From Nitrosopumilaceae archaeon (GTDB taxonomy: Archaea > Thermoproteota > Nitrososphaeria > Nitrososphaerales > Nitrosopumilaceae): a stretch of DNA of 64,000 nucleotides. Where the stretch lies: positions 1,281 to 65,280 of the forward strand of contig JASHOW010000025.1 in the NCBI GenBank assembly GCA_030038445.1, written 5' to 3'. Position numbers and translations under genes: made by a program. The notes under the pieces were generated by a model. It worked only from the letters and a program-made list of their open reading frames with translations. It had not been told where the DNA came from and ran no database searches. Shown here in pieces: positions 41,017 through 47,480 of the stretch; the first letter of the stretch is position 1; each line of letters starts with the position of its first letter.

Positions 41017-41613
41017 TCAAGATTTGTTTGCATGTATGTCATCAAGAGAAAAGCCATGTCGAAAAGTCTCATTTTTTTCTGCAAGAGATAAGAGAAGTTT
41101 CTTATCATCTTCTTCTAATCTGATAAAACAATCTTTAGCACCACTACCCATACCATACGCAAAATCAGGCGATAGGTAAGAAAAATCAAAGATAATTTTC
41201 CTCATATTTGATTTTAGTTTGTAGAAATTATAGCCTATGGCATATCCCATCTTGGTTGCAATGAAGGAGTCATTTTTTGCAAGTTCAATCAAACTTAACA
41301 TTGATTCTATGGTAATCTTTCTCATGTGGTTTCCAAGACTGCTGCAGAATTTGTTTGCCACTTCATGATTTGATTTGCACAGATCTAATACGATTTTTTT
41401 TGTCTGATCACGTGCATTTGCAAACTTCCATCCTGCCCCTTGTCCAAACGCTCCTGCAAATACTTTGTTTGTATCTATCAATCCTATCACGCTACGTCGT
41501 ATTCCCTCTGATAACCTATCAAAGATAGACCCATAATAGAATCCAAGTTCATAATCTAATTCAGGATCAAATCCTGCAGTTACAAGTAACGAACCTTTTG
41601 AATTTTTATTCAT
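41017..41613 (-). CDS. Helical-repeat hypothetical protein
   Basis: About four repeats of F/IA..(L/M)G..xG..F..(L). Confidence 0.55.
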   Translation of the reverse strand: MNKNSKGSLLVTAGFDPELDYELGFYYGSIFDRLSEGIRRSVIGLIDTNKVFAGAFGQGAGWKFANARDQTKKIVLDLCKSNHEVANKFCSSLGNHMRKITIESMLSLIELAKNDSFIATKMGYAIGYNFYKLKSNMRKIIFDFSYLSPDFAYGMGSGAKDCFIRLEEDDKKLLLSLAEKNETFRHGFSLDDIHANKS

Positions 41614-41623
41614 ATCTAGTCAT

Positions 41624-41764
41624 TTATTGTTTGGCATATTGATCAAGGTTGAAAATACTTTCAGAACCGCAGCTTGGGCAATTCCACACTATCCTAGTTC
41701 CTATATACTTTGAATATACAACGCCACAATGTGCACATACTCTAAGGCTACTGGTCTTAACCAT
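41624..41764 (-). CDS. Small Zn-ribbon protein (46 aa, not in the ORF track)
   Basis: MVKTSSLRVCAHCGVVYSKYIGTRIVWNCPSCGSESIFNLDQYAKQ*; overlaps the ferredoxin stop. Confidence 0.65.
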   Translation of the reverse strand: MVKTSSLRVCAHCGVVYSKYIGTRIVWNCPSCGSESIFNLDQYAKQ

Positions 41765-42257
41765 CTTTGTATGCCTCTGCTGCTTTTTTATGAACTTCTA
41801 AATTAGCTTGGTCTACCTTGATTGCCTGTGTTGGACACACTGTAACACATGCCATACACCATATACAGTCGTGTTCTCTTACGGGCTCTGATTTATCAGT
41901 AAAATCTTTACGCTCATCTCTTACACAGCTACCTGTTCCAGCGCTAGTACCATTGATCATCTGTTCTGCAGGAATATCATTTTCTGTTCTGTACCACTGA
42001 TAGACCTGAACAGGGCATACATCTATACAACCTCCATCTGCAATACATGAATCCCAATCAACTGCTACAGAAGTACCATGCACACCCAAAGGAACAAGCC
42101 GTTCTCCCCTTTTTTCATAGTCAGCCATTACCTTAGGTTCGGAAGCCGCCTCTGCTTCTTTTCCAGGGCCCCAAACAAAATAGAAATTTTTTCCATTATC
42201 ATTATTGCGTTTCCCTATCACACGATAATTATCTGGAAATTTTAGATCAATTGGCAT
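41757..42257 (-). CDS. Dicluster ferredoxin (thaumarchaeal type)
   Basis: CIADGGCIDVCP and CIWCMACVTVCP. Confidence 0.9.
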   Translation of the reverse strand: MPIDLKFPDNYRVIGKRNNDNGKNFYFVWGPGKEAEAASEPKVMADYEKRGERLVPLGVHGTSVAVDWDSCIADGGCIDVCPVQVYQWYRTENDIPAEQMINGTSAGTGSCVRDERKDFTDKSEPVREHDCIWCMACVTVCPTQAIKVDQANLEVHKKAAEAYKDG

Positions 42258-42328
42258 TATTCTTTGCCTCCAAAAACTTGTTGTTAACTTCTTTTACTGT
42301 AACACAGAATACAGCGGTTTCATATTCG

Positions 42329-42847
42329 TTATTTTGCATTGTGTTTCATCTCACTTTGGTTAAATTTTATTTTGATTAAATTTGATATTAAAAATGCTAG
42401 TTGAAATACGTTAAGATCTTTTTGTACAAAGACAGATAGAATTTCCTCGCTTATGGGAAAATCTATTGATACCAATTTGTCTGAGTACGATATAGTGAAG
42501 TTTATTGCACCAAAGTATTTGTCGTATGCTTTTTTCATCCTATTTCCTAATGCAATCTGTGCAAGTAGGATTTCTTGTTCTTTCGGATCTAAGATTTCCC
42601 ATTGTATTTTTTTATTTTGTACAAGCACTGTTCCTTTGAAATCTATTATTCCAGCAAATATTATTTTATGATCAAGGTTGATAATTTCATTACAGATAGA
42701 TTCCAGCATATCGGTTTGAATCAATTCGGTTCTTTGTTTGATTGAGTTAATACTATTGTCATGTGCTATAGTTGAAGATACTAGGCCGTTATGACAGTCC
42801 ATACTGGTTTTTCTCCTCTCTATTCTTGATTTTGATTTTTTATTCAT
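42329..42847 (-). CDS. Roadblock/longin-like thaumarchaeal domain protein with ~46 aa N-terminal extension
   Basis: C.EI..LD..I.FAGIID..G...D..FG pattern; directly downstream of a riboswitch. Confidence 0.6.
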   Translation of the reverse strand: MNKKSKSRIERRKTSMDCHNGLVSSTIAHDNSINSIKQRTELIQTDMLESICNEIINLDHKIIFAGIIDFKGTVLVQNKKIQWEILDPKEQEILLAQIALGNRMKKAYDKYFGAINFTISYSDKLVSIDFPISEEILSVFVQKDLNVFQLAFLISNLIKIKFNQSEMKHNAK

Positions 42848-42867
42848 TGGTCTACCTGCTTTGCATT

Positions 42868-42965
42868 GGTAGACATTATCAGCTTCTTCTAGAGCAGTTT
42901 AGGATTCTCCATGGCTAATGTCCTAGCCTAATCTAATATATCATCATTCACATTTTTAAAGTTTT
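42868..42965. repeat. 98-bp direct repeat (promoter plus riboswitch), first copy
   Basis: Matches 46366-46463 with one mismatch (42951 C versus 46449 T). Confidence 0.9.
42869..42928 (-). ncRNA. Fluoride riboswitch aptamer, copy 5 (conserved U7 replaced by G)
   Basis: GGCTAGGACATTAGCC...TAAACTGCTCTAGAAGAAGCTGATAATGTCTAC. Confidence 0.82.
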
Positions 42966-43190
42966 TTGTCATTGTAACAATTCGATTTGAAATACTGAAT
43001 TCTTTTCCATTGTTATTGTAATAACTAAGATCTAGGGTAGATAAAACAAGAAAAGAACCAAATGGTAAACTATTCATCTAGACATAGATCAATTCTTTGA
43101 TATTGGTATTAGAGAATCTACATAAACGGCATGATGTGGCAATACAAAAAACCATGAAAAATGATTTTTTGGTTAGTAAAATTCATCGTC

Positions 43191-43697
43191 TTAATGATGT
43201 GCCCCAAATTTTTCCATGCCTCTACTGTAGAAATCAAGAAACGCCTCGAAATCTACAGGCTCGTCTAAAATTTCTGCCATCTTTATTACTTTATCTACTA
43301 CAACAGCACACTGTTGTCTGAAATTATTCTCATTAAATTCTATTACAGTCAATTTTGTCTTTATACTTTGTATTTCCTCTAGATTATCATTAACTATCAG
43401 TATAACTTTCAATCCTTTTCCTTGTGCATAGCCTATTTCCTGATTAATCAGACTTGAATTAAGAAAATCCGAAGTAAGAACCGCAATAAAGCAGATGGAT
43501 AAGCGAATCATATCTTTTATTTCGTCAAAAATAAAATTACCATAAGATTCACTATTTGACATATAAGCCCCAAATCCTTTTTCCCCGAGCATATGTTCTA
43601 AAACAGACGCTTTTTCACAATCTTCTTTGGCATAACATACAAATACTTTAAATTTATGGTGCGGTTTCTCTGGTTTTCCTGTATTACCTTGACTCAA
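43191..43697 (-). CDS. Stand-alone TIR-domain protein
   Basis: KVFVCYA.ED, FIAVLT.DF..S...NQEIGYA with the putative catalytic Glu. Confidence 0.8.
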   Translation of the reverse strand: MSQGNTGKPEKPHHKFKVFVCYAKEDCEKASVLEHMLGEKGFGAYMSNSESYGNFIFDEIKDMIRLSICFIAVLTSDFLNSSLINQEIGYAQGKGLKVILIVNDNLEEIQSIKTKLTVIEFNENNFRQQCAVVVDKVIKMAEILDEPVDFEAFLDFYSRGMEKFGAHH

Positions 43698-43801
43698 TTT
43701 TTATCTCCTCTGTTACAATTAGACTTAGCATTTGGCAAGTGCGATCTATAGTCACAGCTAAGTTTTTTGTAAGAAAAATTTGTACCCAGTTTGTATTTCA
43801 T
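43694..43801 (-). CDS. Riboswitch leader ORF (35 aa) coupled to the TIR gene
   Basis: MKYKLGTNFSYKKLSCDYRSHLPNAKSNCNRGDKN*; TTGA overlap with the TIR start. Confidence 0.45.
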   Translation of the reverse strand: MKYKLGTNFSYKKLSCDYRSHLPNAKSNCNRGDKN

Positions 43802-43827
43802 TTGTCTATCTACCTAAATCCCATTCG

Positions 43828-43892
43828 GCAGACATCATCAGCACCTTTTCGGGAGCGGTTTTGGCTTTTACACCAAGGCTAATGTCATAGCC
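43828..43892 (-). ncRNA. Fluoride riboswitch aptamer, copy 6
   Basis: GGCTATGACATTAGCC...AAAACCGCTCCCGAAAAGGTGCTGATGATGTCTGC. Confidence 0.88.
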
Positions 43893-44190
43893 ACTTTTTA
43901 TTCGCTAGATGATTTTTTAAGTTTTGCTATATGTCAGAATTTGTTGCGATTTCATTTTGAAATCATGGGTTTTGATCAGAGCTGCAAACTAATCTTTTAA
44001 TTCTACAGATAGAAGTAATATTTTCTAACTAGGATGGAGAACCTATAACGTATAGAAAAGATCTATAGTGGAAAAAGTCCAGGAGACAGAATCGTATTCC
44101 ACGTAAGAGGAGAACTAAACAGTTTATGTCAGTAAGATGGACTAGTTCTCAGATAAATGTTCATCAAGACAAAAATAACTTGGTTTCGAA

Positions 44191-45360
44191 TTATTTTGTT
44201 TTAGCAAGTATTACTGCTCCAGCCAAGCTAAATAGTGCCGCGAATCCAAAACCATACGATGGAGAAAATACAGTCCACAACACGCCTACTATGGTACTTG
44301 ATACAAAATCACCTAATCCATTCACAGTGCCTAGAACGCCATAACCTATTGTAACGGATTTCTTTTCTAACATACCTCCCGATACGGCTCCTTCAAGTGC
44401 GTCTACTCCAGATACATATAGTCCTGAAATTGAAAAGAGTACGACAAATGTCCAAATATCTGGATGTAGGAAAATAAAGCCCACAAAACATATAGTAGCT
44501 AGTAGATATGTTGTGACTAGAACTCTCTTCCTTCCCATTCTGTCTCCAAGATAGCCTAACGGGAAAGATGCGGCTGCATAGACCACATTTCTTACAATGT
44601 AAAAAGATGCAGACAATATTGATGCTTTCAATAAACCAAATTCTGGGGTTAGACTAGTTGTAGCATAGAGTATAAGTAATGTAGGGGCAAAATCACCTAC
44701 TCCGAATATACCCACCCCAAGCAAAAAGTTTTTGAAATTCTTTGGTAGATCTCGCATACTTGAGAAGAATCTCACATTATCATTTTTTTTGGCAAATTTA
44801 TCTTTGACAAAAAATGCAAAGAGAAGTGCGGCAAATACTGCAGGTATGACAGAATACCACATGATCTCTCGGTAATTAATAAGTGGAAGTATTACAAGAG
44901 CGGCTACTGGTCCACATATAGCACCAAGTGTATCGCCTGCTCTGTGTAACCCAAATGCCTTACCAAGATCGTTTGCATCAACAGACTCTACCAGAATTGC
45001 ATCGCGTGGAGGACCTCTAATTCCCCTCCCAAACCATCCAAGTACACGCCCAAATAGTACTTGCAAGAAACCTGAGGAAGTCGCCATAATTATTGGCATC
45101 AAGGATGTCAATAGATAACCCAAGACACTGAACTGTTTCTTCTTCCCTACCTTGTCAGAATAATAGCCAGATCCCATCTTAGTGAAGCTTGATGCTGCAT
45201 CAGATGCTCCCTCTATCAATCCCAAGGCAGCTGCACCTATGCCCATCGTTGCGAGAAAAGCCGGCAGTATAACAGTGACTGCCTCATGACTAAAGTCACT
45301 TAAGAAACTTGTGGCACTCATAGATGCCACATTCCTATTAAGCCAGTTTGTTTTTTTCAT
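44191..45360 (-). CDS. MFS transporter
   Basis: Twelve TM helices, G..SDKVG.K, GRGIRGPPRDA, G.LGDRMGRK. Confidence 0.92.
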   Translation of the reverse strand: MKKTNWLNRNVASMSATSFLSDFSHEAVTVILPAFLATMGIGAAALGLIEGASDAASSFTKMGSGYYSDKVGKKKQFSVLGYLLTSLMPIIMATSSGFLQVLFGRVLGWFGRGIRGPPRDAILVESVDANDLGKAFGLHRAGDTLGAICGPVAALVILPLINYREIMWYSVIPAVFAALLFAFFVKDKFAKKNDNVRFFSSMRDLPKNFKNFLLGVGIFGVGDFAPTLLILYATTSLTPEFGLLKASILSASFYIVRNVVYAAASFPLGYLGDRMGRKRVLVTTYLLATICFVGFIFLHPDIWTFVVLFSISGLYVSGVDALEGAVSGGMLEKKSVTIGYGVLGTVNGLGDFVSSTIVGVLWTVFSPSYGFGFAALFSLAGAVILAKTK

Positions 45361-45520
45361 AATTGATTATTACTGTCACTTGTTGTAGAATCACGCGAAA
45401 CAACACAAAAACCATTCGCGATATGTTAATGGAGAAACGAGTATTCCTCAAAGTACGTGATTCGTCCAAAGTGTATCTCATTTTTACTATATTTTTATCC
45501 AACATGTACCTAGATTCCAT
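45338..45520 (-). CDS. Riboswitch leader ORF (60 aa) overlapping the MFS start
   Basis: ATG 3 nt after the aptamer; 23-nt overlap with the MFS gene. Confidence 0.45.
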   Translation of the reverse strand: MESRYMLDKNIVKMRYTLDESRTLRNTRFSINISRMVFVLFRVILQQVTVIINYEKNKLA

Positions 45521-45523
45521 CAG

Positions 45524-45591
45524 ATAGACATTATTAGCAGAGCATCTTTGCGAGCAGTTTAGGAGCTTATTCCATGGCTAATGCCATAGCC
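45524..45591 (-). ncRNA. Fluoride riboswitch aptamer, copy 7
   Basis: GGCTATGGCATTAGCCATGGAATAAGCTCCTAAACTGC...GCTAATAATGTCTAT; first 38 nt identical to copy 3. Confidence 0.88.
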
Positions 45592-45702
45592 TACTTAAGT
45601 AGCTTTTAGCATTACTTTTAATCTTTCTTTTTTGTAAATTTTTGTCCAGATTATGTGTGTATTAATTCCATGTCTTTCCAAAGATCCAGATTAAGAAAAC
45701 TG

Positions 45703-45903
45703 CTATGAATCTTCCCATTGAATCTCATCTAATATTTGGTGGATCTCTTTTTCATAAGAGAGAGTTAACTTTCCATTCATTTTCAGTACAAAGTTTTCTG
45801 CCCAGCTTTGTGCTGCCCACAAAGCAGCCTCTTTTCCCAATTTAGGATGTTTTGTACGATAATATTCATATTGTTTTCTTATTCCTTTTTCAAGGTCTTT
45901 CAT
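45703..45903 (-). CDS. Small hypothetical protein
   Basis: ATGA overlap with the AsnC-like gene. Confidence 0.55.
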   Translation of the reverse strand: MKDLEKGIRKQYEYYRTKHPKLGKEAALWAAQSWAENFVLKMNGKLTLSYEKEIHQILDEIQWEDS

Positions 45904-46166
45904 ATCATCGTCTTACCTTCTTGTTCTTCGTTGACCAACATGGTTGTAGTTGAGGTTATCTTGTCGATTTTTCTAATTTCTTTGAGAATGTCTTTCATAT
46001 CATTCATGCTATTGCATTCTGCTCTTACGACTATATCATATACGCCGTTTACTCCTTGTATTTCGTATTTTACAGATTGATCATTCCTGTTGATTCCTTT
46101 GATTGTTCTGATTATTTCAACCTCCGAACCCGGATTATTAGTTAATAAGATGTACACAACTGTCAT
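45900..46166 (-). CDS. Lrp/AsnC ligand-binding (RAM) domain protein
   Basis: YILL...PG.E.E, V.GVYDIVV, IRKID.I.ST.TM; start placed at MTVVY. Confidence 0.8.
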   Translation of the reverse strand: MTVVYILLTNNPGSEVEIIRTIKGINRNDQSVKYEIQGVNGVYDIVVRAECNSMNDMKDILKEIRKIDKITSTTTMLVNEEQEGKTMI

Positions 46167-46363
46167 GTTTTTCCCCTTAGAAATGTGCTCAAGATGGACT
46201 TTGAAGGCTGTTTGAACGTACAACAAAAATAAGACTCGAGATGTTTGCTATGTAGTTTGATTTGTGAAAAGACATAACTTTTTAATGATAAAATATTTTG
46301 ATTACATGTTCCTCCTACTATGCTTGAATTTAGTTCTTTCATGCTATCTACCCATTTTTTCAT
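46163..46363 (-). CDS. Riboswitch leader ORF (66 aa) coupled to the AsnC-like gene
   Basis: ATG 3 nt after the aptamer; ATGA overlap at 46163-46166. Confidence 0.5.
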   Translation of the reverse strand: MKKWVDSMKELNSSIVGGTCNQNILSLKSYVFSQIKLHSKHLESYFCCTFKQPSKSILSTFLRGKT

Positions 46364-46365
46364 TC

Positions 46366-46463
46366 GGTAGACATTATCAGCTTCTTCTAGAGCAGTTTAG
46401 GATTCTCCATGGCTAATGTCCTAGCCTAATCTAATATATCATCATTCATATTTTTAAAGTTTT
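46366..46463. repeat. 98-bp direct repeat (promoter plus riboswitch), second copy
   Basis: 97/98 identical to 42868-42965. Confidence 0.9.
46367..46426 (-). ncRNA. Fluoride riboswitch aptamer, copy 8 (identical to copy 5)
   Basis: Same sequence as 42869-42928. Confidence 0.82.
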
Positions 46464-46576
46464 GTAGACTGAATTGGATTCGATTTAATTTGAAATACAC
46501 GTATTTTTTATCAAGTTACTATCATGATCATAATTGTTACATTTCAGATTATTACGTGAAGTTATCATCACTAAAA

Positions 46577-47376
46577 TTAACTCCTCGAATATGTTCCTAT
46601 TAACAATGTTTCATTGATAATATGTCCTGTCATGGTTTGTTCCAGATCACTTCGTGTCGCATTTTGATCAAGATTAAGAACGATATCTAAAGCATATAAT
46701 GTAAAGAAATACCTATGAATGCCAGATGGCGGGCATGGCCCTTTGTATCCGATCGTTCCGGCACTTGTCATTCCCTGAGGAAATGACATGTTCTCTCCTC
46801 CAGTAAACACCGTCTTGTTTACTGGGATATTCCATACAACCCAATGCGTAAATGGGCCTCTTGGTGCATTAACATCCACTACAGTAAGCGCAAGACTTTT
46901 CGCGGTTTGCGGAACCCCTGATATTGTTAGAGGCGGGGACGTGCTATTTCCATCACATGTATATTGTGATGGAATGGTGTCATTATTTTCAAAAGCAGGA
47001 CTAGATAGTTCAAAAATTTGAACAGGTTTTAGTTGAATAATATTTTTCTGCACCAAGTATGAGAGTCCTTTTACAAAATCATCATTCCCATAGTTCCGTT
47101 TGCCCACCAGCCAGCATTGTTTCTAACCCACGTTGGAATCTGCTGCACTCCAGGAGTTGCAGTAGAGTTTGCTTGTGTAGGTATCTGGATTATTCCTTGC
47201 TGTATCAGGTATTGTATTCCCTTGACAAAATCTGAATCACCCACTTGCCCTTGGTACCACCATTTGGCAGTGTTTTTTACCCATAGCGGTATCTGGATTG
47301 CGTCAGCGTGAGAATTCACAAGAGATATTGTAAAAAATACAATAACAAAAAATGCCATACAAACAGAGAGTTGCAC
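46577..47376 (-). pseudogene. Frameshifted secreted protein: WVKNxAxWW repeats plus YbhB/YbcL (PEBP) domain
   Basis: Two overlapping ORFs join into ...WWANGTMG/NDDFVKGLSYL... if one A is added near 47085; PEBP motifs FTHWVVWNIP and GPCPP.G.HRY. Confidence 0.75.
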
Positions 47377-47480
47377 GGAAAAGATAGAACCTACTTTTAA
47401 ATAAATTAATTCTGGATTACACTATATTAAGGAGACCTCAGATTACAAAATTTTAATAGAATTATAGATAAACCACAGTT

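Noticed and set aside
25500-46380. A in place of the consensus G in UGAUG (seven of eight copies) as a sign of changed ligand
   Set aside because: That position pairs with the last loop base, which is U here, so it forms a compensatory U-A pair within the canonical fold.
25497-46426. The repeated ~60-nt element read as a CRISPR array or MITE/IS ends
   Set aside because: Spacing is irregular (kilobases apart), there are no spacers, cas genes, terminal inverted repeats, target duplications or transposase, and the pairing pattern fits the crcB riboswitch.
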